From: a virus
Length of the DNA stretch: 64,000 nucleotides
Virus record (IMG/VR): IMGVR_UViG_3300015615_000721
Span: 3,688 to 67,687 of that record
Reading direction: 5' to 3' (one strand)
Shown here: one piece after another, positions 1 through 10,300 of the stretch
Numbering within the stretch: position 1 is the first letter of the stretch
How the letters are laid out: the number at the start of each line of letters is the position of its first letter
Notes under the pieces: generated by a model
Database searches by the model: none
Seen by the model: only the letters and a program-made list of their open reading frames with translations
What the model was told of the DNA's origin: nothing
Translations under genes and position numbers: made by a program

Positions 1-435
1 CGCGACACGCTTGCCCGATAGCGAGAAGTCGGCGATGACTGCCAGGCAGCGCCGGATACAGACGTCGTAGATCGCCAGGATGCGGAAGCGCCGCCCACAC
101 ACCAGCTGGTCGGAGACGAAGTCGAGCACCCACAGCTCATTCGGACGGGTGGACACCAGCATCGGTGTCCGGCTGCCCATCACCCGCTTGCGACCGCCAC
201 GCCTGCGAACCATCAGCCGCTCCTGGCGATACACCCGGAACAGCCGCTTGTGGTTCAACTCGAAGCCCTCCCGCCGCAGGAAGATCAGCAGTCGCCGGTA
301 CCCGAACCGCCGTAGTTCGCGCGGCAGTGCAACCAGGCGCTCGCGCAGCCTGGCATCGTCCGGCCGCCGGCAGCGGTAGCGGATCGTCATGCGCTCGCTG
401 CCGATCAAACGGCACGCCCGCCGCTCGCTCAACGT
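1..435 (-). mobile_element. IS3-family transposase OrfB fragment (runs off the window edge; no OrfA seen upstream)
   Basis: Minus-strand translation LSERRACRLIG...RRFGYRRLLIFLRREGFELNHKRLFRVYRQERL...NELWVLDFVSDQLVCGRRFRILAIYD has the typical IS3/IS407-group OrfB motifs. Confidence 0.85.
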
Positions 436-613
436 CACAGCTTCCCTTCAAATTCTTGAGAGAGCTGCACTCACTCTACAAATGCTGGTTGATTGGACGC
501 GCAGAGCAACCGCAGTCTGCGCTAGTCTGGACGGAGACGTAAGTAGTAACGTAGGCCTCCCTACGGGTGTGCCGAAGTGGTGGGAACATGCTCTGTTGGA
601 AAGGAACCAAGTA

Positions 614-1372
614 GTGCTCGCCGTACGTCGTGGAACGCTACTCTTTACAGTTCTAACCGCCTGTTTGTGCTCGGCCAGCGGCCTAGTCGCACAACAATGT
701 CCTGTGCAACTGACTACCGACGGGTCTTCCCTAGGATACCGCTTCCGAACGACACCGAAGTTGCACTCCACTCGCTGTGAGGGAAGCTACGTTTCCCCTG
801 TTTCGGGAGCATCTATATCTTTGGTGTCGTACACGATGGGCCCTGTTACGTATGACGTAAATCGAGACAGAGAACTACATATTAGCGTTTCCGGGATAGT
901 CGCCGACACGAACGTTATCGCAACAAGATTGGTGCCCCGCCGTTACTACCGCTTAGACGCAAAGGTGACCCAAAAACAACCCATTCTTGTTGTCCCGATT
1001 GATGACGTCATCGGCCGCATCCCCGTTCCGGCAGGTGAGCTTGGGGTATTTGGATTGCGGCAAATTACGAGCGGAGTGCTGGGTTATGTACCCGTGAAAG
1101 CCGCTGCTCCGGCGAAGTTCGCAGACTCGCGGCCCACCCTCGTAATTCAAGCAGATATCGATATTTCTGACGTTGAATGGCGCATTAGTGAATTGGGTCG
1201 GCCCGAACGCAACTGGGAGCCCGTTGATGGAGGCATGGGCCTTGTGCCAGAGGGCGCTACATTGACAATCAGCCTGGGCAACAAGGCGCCAAGCACTTCG
1301 AGTCAATTCGAAGTAACCTATTACGTGGGAGGAGTGCCGCGAACAAGCTCCTTCATTCTAGTACCTCGTTAG
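614..1372 (+). CDS. Hypothetical secreted protein
   Basis: Part of ORF 389..1372. A GTG at 614 follows AAGGA and gives a signal-peptide-like N-terminus (RRGTLLFTVLTACLCSASGLVA). Lower GC than the phage core. Confidence 0.6.
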   Translation: MLAVRRGTLLFTVLTACLCSASGLVAQQCPVQLTTDGSSLGYRFRTTPKLHSTRCEGSYVSPVSGASISLVSYTMGPVTYDVNRDRELHISVSGIVADTNVIATRLVPRRYYRLDAKVTQKQPILVVPIDDVIGRIPVPAGELGVFGLRQITSGVLGYVPVKAAAPAKFADSRPTLVIQADIDISDVEWRISELGRPERNWEPVDGGMGLVPEGATLTISLGNKAPSTSSQFEVTYYVGGVPRTSSFILVPR

Positions 1373-1384
1373 CGAGTTTTCGCA

Positions 1385-2392
1385 GTGACGGCGTTTTCAC
1401 CAGAGCGCTCAATCTCTCGATTTCTGCGAGGCCACGGAATTTTTTGGCTAAGCTTAATTTTGATCGTTGCTGTATTGCTCACGACTAGTCGGTATCGATC
1501 AAATCGGTTTGCTCTAGAGGTTGATACTGGGGTGGTAACACTGACTGCAGCAGACACAGGCTTACACCCGTTAGATATTCAGTTCTCCAATCCCGCGACA
1601 TTCCAACTTCTAAATTATGAGATTGTAACAACTGCCGCTACTCTTCCAGTGGCACCAACGAGCGCCTCAATATTGCGACTTCGGTCAGACCGCCTTGACC
1701 TTCAAAACCTACTTTTGATGGAGGGAGCCGAGGTAACTTTTGTGGCGAGTCCTGATCTCTTCGACATGCGGATAACAGGCCCAGCCAGTATCGATTTGAT
1801 GATCTCAGGCGAAGTGGTGAACTTGACCCCTCCCTCGGGCCCATCGACGAGTAACTTGCTTCAGAAGCCCACTGTCTGGAAAGTTCACCCCGCGAGCCCA
1901 GATCGCACTTTGCGGCTTGTCGTTAATGGCGCTGCGCCAAAGTTTACATTGGAGAATCAGAAAATTAAGCGTGTAAACTTCACAAAGAGCCGTCCCGCAG
2001 GACCTGATCGACGACTTCCGTTTCGCTCCGAAATCGGAGGTGGCAAAATTGACCTCCTAGATGTTGATAAGAGCGTTTCTTTACGAGCCGGTGAGCTTGT
2101 TTGGCTTGGTGACTTGTCGGCGATCGCCACGCAAGTCTCGCCGAAGGCTCCTTCAATCGTCCCACCTGGAAGTGCTAGCTTTAATGTTGCGGTAGTGGGT
2201 GAAGCTGATCTTATCGGAATTGGGTACCCCGTCGCCGGCAACCCGGACGCAAGACCTAATCGAGATCTAAGGCCCTCTATTTTGGAGTATATTAGCTCTC
2301 AGCATGATGTCGCTCTCGCATGGGGCGGGCTGATTGCAATAGTTGGCGCGTTGTTAAAGGCCCGGCAGTGGGCCAGAAAGCAAAGACAATGA
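1385..2392 (+). CDS. Hypothetical membrane protein (N- and C-terminal TM helices, beta-rich middle)
   Basis: 335-aa ORF with hydrophobic segments IFWLSLILIVAVLL and ALAWGGLIAIVGALL. Stop overlaps the next start (ATGA). Confidence 0.7.
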   Translation: MTAFSPERSISRFLRGHGIFWLSLILIVAVLLTTSRYRSNRFALEVDTGVVTLTAADTGLHPLDIQFSNPATFQLLNYEIVTTAATLPVAPTSASILRLRSDRLDLQNLLLMEGAEVTFVASPDLFDMRITGPASIDLMISGEVVNLTPPSGPSTSNLLQKPTVWKVHPASPDRTLRLVVNGAAPKFTLENQKIKRVNFTKSRPAGPDRRLPFRSEIGGGKIDLLDVDKSVSLRAGELVWLGDLSAIATQVSPKAPSIVPPGSASFNVAVVGEADLIGIGYPVAGNPDARPNRDLRPSILEYISSQHDVALAWGGLIAIVGALLKARQWARKQRQ

Positions 2393-3633
2393 CTCGACTA
2401 GCATGTTGGGCTCCCTATTTGCCTCTTTTTTTGGTTCCCTGCCTTGCTTTTGCTCAGGGTTCTCTTCAAGCAGATGGCAGAACTGCAGCGAGCAGATGGG
2501 CCGACCACGTTGTTCGTGTCGTGCCGCAGCGCTCAGACGGCGGTGCGGCTGAAAAGGGCTTTGGAATAATCGTGGGGCATCGTAACGACGACATTTTCGT
2601 TGTGACCCCGCATCATGTCGTCTTTGCAAAGGGAAACCTGACCGACGCGCCCGCAGTAATTTTTCGTGGTGCTCCTGTAACGAATATGACGGCAGAACGA
2701 CTCCTGGAACCTGTAAGCTCACCGACGTTCCTCGATTTTGCGGTTTTGCGCGTTCGAGGCGCACAATCGCTGGTGCCCTCTCCCGCATACCTAGTCAGCG
2801 ATCCTACTCCAGGTCTTCCAGTTTGGTCTATCGGTCGCCAGGAGGGATGGTCGCTGTCCGGATCTTCTGGTGGGTATACTCGAAGTCGCAAGGATCCAGA
2901 CCGTCTGATTTTTGATGGCCTCCCTATTGCTCGCGGAAGTTCAGGGGCCGCCGTGGTATCTGCGGAAGGTATAGTTGCGATGTCTGTTCAGGACACGGGA
3001 TCTGAGATATATGGTGTGGAGCTGTCGAGTATCTGGAAGCGTCTGCGCGAGCCAGGCGCTCGTGTGCCTGCTAATCTCTTGGTATGGCGGGAACCTCCCC
3101 CTCCCAATGATGAACAACTCGCCTTCGACCGCGCGGAAGCTGCGAATACTATCGGGGCGTTTGCACAATTTCTCTCGGCTCATCCGACGGGGCGGATGGT
3201 TAGGGAAGCGCTTAATCGCGTCGAGCAATTGGCCGCAGAGGGACGGCAACGTCGGGGTCAATTTCAGGCTGCTCAAAGCTGCTGGCGAATCTTCTTTGAC
3301 TGGGACCGAGCAAACCTTTCCAGCCAGGCTCTTGCAACTATTAAGCAACTGGTGGCCGAGTTTAGAGCGAATGGGGGTGGCTATTTCACTATTATTGGTC
3401 ACACGGACTCGACAGGCCTACTGCTTCGATCGGACCCGGAAGAGGCAAAAGGATATAATAAGGCAATTGCTCTGAGACGCGCCCATACTGTTAAGGCTGC
3501 TCTAGCTGGTGAAGGTATTGGCGGGCCGATAGCTATTTCAGTAAGTGTAGGCGATAGTGAACCGTTAGTTCCGACCATGGACAATGTTCGCGAGCCGCGA
3601 AATCGGCGAGTTGAGGTGTGCATTATCCGCTAA
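2389..3633 (+). CDS. Trypsin-like serine protease fused to an OmpA-like peptidoglycan-binding domain
   Basis: Signal peptide; triad-like motifs VVTPHHVV, DFAVLRV and GSSGAAV; C-terminal IFFDWDRANL...IIGHTDSTG...NKAIALRRA...RNRRVEV (OmpA_C). Confidence 0.85.
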   Translation: MTRLACWAPYLPLFLVPCLAFAQGSLQADGRTAASRWADHVVRVVPQRSDGGAAEKGFGIIVGHRNDDIFVVTPHHVVFAKGNLTDAPAVIFRGAPVTNMTAERLLEPVSSPTFLDFAVLRVRGAQSLVPSPAYLVSDPTPGLPVWSIGRQEGWSLSGSSGGYTRSRKDPDRLIFDGLPIARGSSGAAVVSAEGIVAMSVQDTGSEIYGVELSSIWKRLREPGARVPANLLVWREPPPPNDEQLAFDRAEAANTIGAFAQFLSAHPTGRMVREALNRVEQLAAEGRQRRGQFQAAQSCWRIFFDWDRANLSSQALATIKQLVAEFRANGGGYFTIIGHTDSTGLLLRSDPEEAKGYNKAIALRRAHTVKAALAGEGIGGPIAISVSVGDSEPLVPTMDNVREPRNRRVEVCIIR

Positions 3634-3879
3634 GTTTGTGGCGATCACCTCGGCGAATTCCTGCGTGCGTCTACCTATCGTCCATATGCTCCCCCTGAGC
3701 GTGCATACGATGATGACGACCCGATCGAGAAATGAATTGGCGGCGTGTACGGCGTTCCGATCACGTGCTCATGAAACGATTTGCCGCCCGGCCAACCCGC
3801 CCAGAGACCCGTACGGCCAAAGATTCGATCTGGCCGGCTCACCAGCACGCCCTTTCTCGATAGTAGTAGCGGCGGGAAC

Positions 3880-4105
3880 GAAGAAGGCGGCAAACATCGG
3901 CGACCATATGCTCTATTCCATCATAACGACGGAGCCCAATAGCGTGGTCTACGCTGTGCATGAGAAAGCCATGCCTGTGATTCTTATGACAGCCGAGGAC
4001 ATGAAGCGCTGGCTTGAAGGCAGCTCACTCGAGGACGTGATGGCTTTATCGTGGGGCGCATTGGCTCGGCGCCTGCGCATCGTCCAGGAACCGCGCCAGC
4101 CGTAG
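3880..4105 (+). pseudogene. SOS response-associated peptidase (SRAP) C-terminal fragment
   Basis: YSIITTEPNSVVYAVHEKAMPVILMTAEDMKRWL matches the SRAP C-terminal motif. The N-terminal MCGRF part is absent. Start is approximate. Confidence 0.6.
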
Positions 4106-4896
4106 ACCTGCAAAGCCAAGCTGCCGGTCGAGCGTCGGCAAGATCTTGCCGTAGTAGGCGTCGTCCACTACCCGGCTTTCCGGTAGCTGCTCCCATACAT
4201 AGCGTGCTGCTCGGTGCGTCGCCTCCGCCCACTGCGCCGGTGTACCGTGTTCGAGGCCTACTGGATCCAAGGATGCCAGCACCCCACTCTCGAGCCTGTC
4301 GACGTATGCGCCCCAGCTCCAGGTCGTGGCCTTGATAAGCGTACCGTCCCAAACCCGGTGAAGGTTGGACCGGTAGACCATGATAGGGCACGGCCCGCCG
4401 CGGCAGGTCTTAGTACCGACAAGCCGGACCTCGACGACAATGTCATTGCCGCCCCTGCCCTCCGCCATCGTGTGTAGCGGCTGATGAATGTCGCCGACGA
4501 GGTGGACGGCGTAGCGCAACGCGTCGCGCTTCCGATCGTCGGTCGGCGCGCACCGCAGCTCGGTCTTAAGACGCTCCAACTCGGCAACGACGCAGTCGCC
4601 TTTTTCCGAGGCGTGGCAATGCTTCGTGGCGTCATAGCGATCCTCGACCAAGTCAAGGTCCACGAAGTGCCACCGGTAGGTCTCCGTTCGATCATCACGC
4701 ACGTCGTCGGCCGAGCTGCCGATCGAGCCAGGGAGCGGCCAGGCCCGAGCAGGCGCTCGACCTCAGCCGCGGCCTGCGGCGTCAGCCGATGCTGAGCCAA
4801 TTCGGCGATGATCGAATGGCCCTCGGGTCCCCACGCCAGCGCTTGCATGGGCCGCATCAGGGCGGCGACCGTCGCCCAAACTTGCCGAAAATCCAT
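4046..4896 (-). pseudogene. S1/P1 nuclease, frameshifted
   Basis: Signal peptide plus AWGPEGHSIIAELA in one frame; WHFVD, HLVGDIHQPLH, RGGN and NLHRVWD in another frame. Frameshift near 4720-4730. Confidence 0.85.
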
Positions 4897-5032
4897 CTGA
4901 TCTCCGCTCGTCTCCCGATCGCACGACTCCACCACGACGCGACCGAGCTGGGAAAGCGGTGCGACGCAGAGATCCGAAGCAATAACTGGCCACCACTCTG
5001 CCTCCCGACGGCCGGTTGCCGGTAAACAGAAA

Positions 5033-5272
5033 TTACGGCTGCGGTCCTTGGTCAAAAACAGGCGCCAAACGTCCGGCCGCCGCGAACACATCGTCGGTCG
5101 GCAAGTCGAGTATTCGGGCAAGTGACGTCACCACATCGTCCGGCGGTGGCTGCTCCTTTTCGCGCTCGATCCGCGACAGGTAGACGATGGAAATGTCCAA
5201 CTCGCTTGCTACTTCAATGAGCGTCAACGCGCGCTGCTCACGCGCTCGGCGGATGTATTGACCGAAGGCCAC
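5033..5272 (-). CDS. XRE-family helix-turn-helix regulator
   Basis: FGQYIRRAREQRALTLIEVASELDISIVYLSRIER is an HTH_3 pattern. Confidence 0.85.
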   Translation of the reverse strand: MAFGQYIRRAREQRALTLIEVASELDISIVYLSRIEREKEQPPPDDVVTSLARILDLPTDDVFAAAGRLAPVFDQGPQP

Positions 5273-5311
5273 AGGCTTTCCTTCCTGACTAGCGTGGAGC
5301 GACGCGATTAT

Positions 5312-5326
5312 GTTCTCTATACGTTC
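5312..5326. promoter_or_regulatory. Alphaproteobacterial LexA (SOS) box GTTC-N7-GTTC
   Basis: GTTCTCTATACGTTC is an exact match, 40 bp upstream of the XRE gene start. Confidence 0.6.
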
Positions 5327-5491
5327 TAGTCCCGCCGAAGTCGATACGAATCTTGATGGACTGGCGTCTCACCAGCACGATAGTGAGGCGCGGATGCTGG
5401 CAGCGCGGCGTACATCGACGACAATCGCACCCTTGGCGATTGGGGCATGACCGGCGACGCGACGAGTCGCAATATAGCTACTGCCAGCTCA

Positions 5492-5800
5492 CTATCGCCT
5501 TGTTTGGCCGAGTGATGCGACGAACTCAGCCACCACCTGCTGTCGATCACTTTGATCTGCGCTTCTCTCCCCGCCGGGCCAAGGTTCAAAGCGGAAGATA
5601 GCGACGCTCGGTCCCGGTGTGTTTGCCGTACTAACCATCTCGACGTCGATAAAGCGCGGCCCAAGCGACTCTTCCGCGTAACGGCGAATCCGATCGGCCA
5701 ACCAGATGCGGCGTTCCAGCTCCTTGTCGGGAGGTGTCGGTCGCGCGCGATCGATCAATGAATGGCGAACTACTATGGCCGTCATAGCGCACCATCGCAC
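5492..5800 (-). CDS. Hypothetical protein
   Basis: 102-aa ORF, co-oriented with its neighbours; no motif recognised. Confidence 0.4.
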   Translation of the reverse strand: MRWCAMTAIVVRHSLIDRARPTPPDKELERRIWLADRIRRYAEESLGPRFIDVEMVSTANTPGPSVAIFRFEPWPGGERSADQSDRQQVVAEFVASLGQTRR

Positions 5801-5921
5801 GGCTCCGGGGCAGAACTCAAAATCCGAACCGAACGGGCATCAATCCTCTCGTCTTAGAGAGATGTGGCCATGGCGCAATCTTCGTGGCTCACAGATCTGA
5901 AGACGGTGGTCCGCTTGTCGC

Positions 5922-6155
5922 TCAACCCACCACCGGCTCGAGGCAGCGCTTGTCGCGCTCTTTGGTAAATGCGAGCAGCCAATCGACCAACGGCTCCCAC
6001 AGAGCTTTGTCGGCTTTGAAGGCCGCGACTTGTTCGTCCGTCGCGCGGTAGCGGGTCGTCACGATGCAGAGGGTGTCGGCGTGCGCCAAGACCGGCGCAC
6101 GGTCAGCGCAGGCCGTCAGCACGATCGCCATAAGGAGTGCGGTGCACTTCTTCAT
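5922..6155 (-). CDS. Outer-membrane spanin (Rz1-like lipoprotein)
   Basis: MKKCTALLMAIVLTAC lipobox; overlaps the 3' end of the upstream i-spanin; last gene of the lysis cassette. Confidence 0.7.
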   Translation of the reverse strand: MKKCTALLMAIVLTACADRAPVLAHADTLCIVTTRYRATDEQVAAFKADKALWEPLVDWLLAFTKERDKRCLEPVVG

Positions 6156-6345
6156 CGGTGTTCTCCTTGGAAATGCGGGCAGCGTCCAGCGATTTGATCG
6201 TCTCGCTCTGCACCTTGGTGGTGATGTCCGCGGCGCCCGCGGTTTCGCCCTTGTGGTAGACGAGCCACATGCCGCCTGCGGTGCAGGCAACGAGCACCGC
6301 AACAGCACTAGCGATAAGGACCGGTTTGGAGAGGCCGAACATCAC
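6103..6345 (-). CDS. Inner-membrane spanin (Rz-like)
   Basis: N-terminal TM segment followed by a short helical region; located after the endolysin. Confidence 0.65.
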   Translation of the reverse strand: MMFGLSKPVLIASAVAVLVACTAGGMWLVYHKGETAGAADITTKVQSETIKSLDAARISKENTDEEVHRTPYGDRADGLR

Positions 6346-6833
6346 GCGACCTTTCCGATCGCGGCGAGGGCCTGGTCATAGACACCGGACCAGCTCTCGG
6401 GATGCGGTGAACCCGGCCGCCAATTGCGCAGATAGTATTGCCACCCCGCATCTTTGTCCCCGAGGCCTGGCAGGGCCGCCGGGTCCGTCCACAACAGCAG
6501 CCGTGCCATGGAACAGGCGAGCATGTCGTGCCAAGCCATCGCCTCGAATACCGTCGCCGGGTCGAACGACACGTCGCAGGCGGCGCAGACCGTTCCGAGT
6601 TGGCGCGGCGTGACCCGGAACAGGCCGGCCACCCCACCGCCCTCTTCGAACTGCCAGTATGATCGCGCCGGACCTCCGATCTGCCGTCGCGCACCCCAGC
6701 GACTTTCCTGCCCGGCGATCGCCATTACGAGCACGCGGGCACTATCGCTCGCGGGAATACCGAGGCTCGGAGAGGCCGCCATCCATTTGAGAGTCGGCTC
6801 GACGATGCGAGCGAAGAATATGCTGGGAATCAT
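6342..6833 (-). CDS. Putative endolysin, lysozyme/transglycosylase-like
   Basis: Lies between holin and spanins. AIAGQES...GPARSYWQFE resembles the SLT-like catalytic Glu and GxxQ motifs. Confidence 0.65.
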   Translation of the reverse strand: MIPSIFFARIVEPTLKWMAASPSLGIPASDSARVLVMAIAGQESRWGARRQIGGPARSYWQFEEGGGVAGLFRVTPRQLGTVCAACDVSFDPATVFEAMAWHDMLACSMARLLLWTDPAALPGLGDKDAGWQYYLRNWRPGSPHPESWSGVYDQALAAIGKVA

Positions 6834-6931
6834 TGCCGCGTTTTCCTGTGTTGTTGCCACCGATGCAGGCGCCAGCGTGCGAACAAGTAGCCGCCGGCGA
6901 GTACCCAGATGAAGAAATCGAGGCCGGTCAT
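6830..6931 (-). CDS. 33-aa membrane peptide in the lysis cassette (not in the ORF track)
   Basis: MTGLDFFIWVLAGGYLFARWRLHRWQQHRKTRQ; GGAGG upstream; ATGA overlaps with both holin stop and endolysin start. Confidence 0.6.
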   Translation of the reverse strand: MTGLDFFIWVLAGGYLFARWRLHRWQQHRKTRQ

Positions 6932-7296
6932 GCTCCACCTCCGCCGTTGCGTTCGTCGCTGCGGCCGAGCCAAGCGTCGCGCCAGCGCCGAAACGTGCCG
7001 ACCGGATCAGTCGCCCATTGGCGAGCTGCCGCGACCGCCACGCCCATCACGTCGCTCAGCAGCATGGCGATGATGATGGTCACGCCCGACGTGGCCTTGG
7101 TGCCGAGTTGCCAGTACTCACCGACCGCCGCGCCGAGAAAAAGCGACAGGAAAGCCGAGCAAAACCAAGTTGTGATGCGCTCCCGGCGCGTCTGCTGGAT
7201 TGACCATTTCAGCCCGAACCAGGCGCCGATCGCAGGCGGCACGAACGGCCAAACGGCATCCCAGGTGTCCCGGAGATCCTGACGATCGAGCATCAC
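6928..7296 (-). CDS. Putative holin
   Basis: 122 aa with 2-3 hydrophobic helices and a charged C-terminus; first gene of the lysis cassette. Confidence 0.65.
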   Translation of the reverse strand: MMLDRQDLRDTWDAVWPFVPPAIGAWFGLKWSIQQTRRERITTWFCSAFLSLFLGAAVGEYWQLGTKATSGVTIIIAMLLSDVMGVAVAAARQWATDPVGTFRRWRDAWLGRSDERNGGGGA

Positions 7297-7308
7297 CCTT
7301 CTCCGCTC

Positions 7309-10300
7309 CTAGAACGCTGACAGTGCGATTCGTCGCCATGTGTTTGCGGCGGTGCAGACGTAGAGATAGCCTGCGTCGAAGGTGATCATGCCGGCGTTGC
7401 CGAAGGACGAACTGCTGCCCGGCGGTGCGCTGAGCCCCATCGCCAGCATGCCGGAGTCCCAGCCCAGCACGGCGCCGCTGGCGTATTTGACGTTCTTGTA
7501 TTCATCGACGATCGGATCGCCGTTGAGATTGAGCGGCCGGCTCAGGGCGTCGAAGAAGGGCTTACCGTTAGGGTAGCGGACCTGGTCGTAGACGATCGTC
7601 AGGAGCTTCCAGCCCGTGGCCGTGAACTCGAAGAGCGCCCTAAACGGGGCTCCATTCATGGTGGTCAGGATGGAATACGGGACGGGGTCGGTCTCGCCGG
7701 TGTCGGGATTCCGGCCGCCGCCCATCGGCTTGACGTCGTAGGTGGTTACGTCCCCGGTCGGCGTCACAACGACATTCCAGCCGTTGGCGCCTGCGCCGTG
7801 ACCGGGCGGTGCCTTGATCAGCACACAGTTGCGACTCGAGGCGACGGTGAAGCCGTGCGCCTCGTAGTTGTCCATCGCCGCTTCGGCCACAAGGTAGGCC
7901 GTCCGGTTGCTGTCGGGCCCCCAGGTGACAGGCTCCGCGAGCAGCTCGACGACACCATCGTCCGTGGCGACGGTAATGCTCGCGATGGTGCCCGCGTAGG
8001 TCGGCGTATCGCCGAGAATAAGAAAGGTCGAAAGAGCCGTGATTTCGCCAGCACTGCCCGCGTCGTTGCCGCCGATCATGCGGGGAACGAATCCATAGGC
8101 GAGCAGCAGGTTGCCGGTGGTGACTTGGTCGACGGTCGCGTTGTTGTACTGCTTGCGGGATCCGCTAGGCGCGCGCAGGAACACCAGCTTCTGGCTGGCC
8201 GTTGCGATGAAACCGCTCGGGCCCCCGTTGATCGACTGGGCGATGAGAACCGCCGTGTTCTGGTCGGTGTCGGTCCACGGGACGTCGTTGCCCAGCAGCT
8301 CCACACTCTCGGCGACCAGGATGCTGGTCAACACCCCACCTGCCCCGCCGGTCACAGAGAAGGCAGTGTAGGCATCCGTCTGTGGCGCAGGACTGAAGTT
8401 CGGCGCCAGGCCCTGGACATGGAGTGAGTAAGGCCCGGTGGCCGAAGCCTCCCGGATGATTTCGATCCGGTCGCCGATGGCGGCGCGAGCGTCGTACAGG
8501 GTCCATTCGCGGTTCGCGGCCAGCGGATAGACGAGCCTGTGGCTCACGGATTGGCCCTCGGTGTAGATGCCGACGTTGGCATCACCGTGCGCCTCGGGCA
8601 GCGGCTGGGGCGGAAACCGGCGCACGCCCCATGCCCCTCCGCCCTCGCCACCCGTATGCAGCCATTCGACCCGTCCGACCTGGCTCATGCCGCTGTCGAT
8701 CCACTTTCGATCGCTGATCGTCGTCACGTAGGGAGCAGCGAGGTCCCGCGCGGTCATGACCCGGACCTGATCCACCCAGTGCTGTCCCGAACTGCGGAAG
8801 CCAAGGGCATGGACGTCATTTCCGTCCTGCTCGACCTCCACCAGTTCGACGCTACACCGCTTGCAGAATTCGTCGAAAGTAACCGCGCCGTTGGCGACCG
8901 GGTCGCTAAGGCGGTTCGGGTAGCGCACCCGGACCGTGCCGACACGGATGTCCGCACAGGTCAGGAACACGATGGCGTCGCGCAGCGCCTCGGTGGATTC
9001 CAAGTTCTCGAACCAGCAGCGCTTCAAGCCCTGGATGGTCATCGACGTGCCCTTGAAATTCCGGAAGGTGACCCGGTTCTCGACGAACATCGGCTCGTCG
9101 TCGGCATCGAGCAGGTCGGGATCGATCGCATAGGGTACAAAGCCTTGGATCGAGATGGGGCTGTCGATCTCGAACCCATCGAACGTGCAATCGACCATGC
9201 CGATGAAGGTCTGCGAGACGTTGGCGTAGTTCGTGAATTTCAGGTTCCTGAAGGTGAATCCGGCCCAGATCGGCAAGGGCGTCCCGTGATTGAGCGGTAT
9301 CCCGGGCCCATAGATGTCGAGAGCAGCGCCGCCGTTGCTGCCAACCACGTTCGAGACCAGCACCTCGTTGCGCCACCATTTGTCGGGGGTCTTCGCATTG
9401 CACTCCAAGGGTAGGACGGCAATGTCCTGGGTGCATTCGTTGCAAGTCACGTCCGTGATGGTCACCCGCCTGTTGGCGAGAAAATTGATGTTCAGGTTTG
9501 GGTAGCCGAGCGTGTAGTGGGTTCCGAACTCGATACGCAGGCCGCGGAAGCGATCGATGCAGACCACGCCCTTGATTGTGGTATCCCGAACCCCGAGCAG
9601 CACGACGGAGCCGGCCGGCACAGGATTGGGCTGTTGCGCCTCGATCACGATGTTGGAGAAGGTCGAACCCTCGCCATGGAAGTCGTGCTCGATGTCGGCC
9701 TCGTCGGGATCGCTCTCCTCGCTCCCCATCGAGAGGCCGTCGTCGCCGACCCGGTAACCGTAATAGCCGTCGATGTTCACGCGGCGGTGGCTTCGGCAGT
9801 AGATGCCGTCGGCCCAAGTCTCACGGACGGTGATGTTGCGCCCCGCGACTCGATCCACACCGACCAGTGCCACGCCGACCGAAGGGCTGTTGGAGGACGT
9901 CACGTTCTCGAGCGTGACGTTTGCGATAACTCCCTCGGCGATCAGGTCAGGACGCTCGCCACCGATCTCACCGCGATACCAGCCACCGTTACTCTCATCA
10001 CCAGTGCCGAGGTTGGCGCCCAGGAAGTAGATCGGCGCAAAGACCTGTCGCGACACCGCCAGCGCGGCAAATGTCGCGTGCACACCGATCAACGAGATGT
10101 TCTCGCACGGCCCCTCGACGTAGATCCCGTGTGACACCGCCAGGCCGGCGACCATGTTGTCCATGACCAGCACCGCACGCTCGCCGAACCGAATCGTGAC
10201 GTTGCTCTGCTGCTGCAGGTGCAGGCCATGCACGCCGGCCGTCCGAACGTAGAAGGTACGGTCGGCCCGGAAGTAGAGTTCGCCGCCACCGGCCGCGATC

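Noticed and set aside
1..5900. Left att site of the prophage
   Set aside because: No copy of the tRNA-Ser 3' core found by eye; boundary left undefined.
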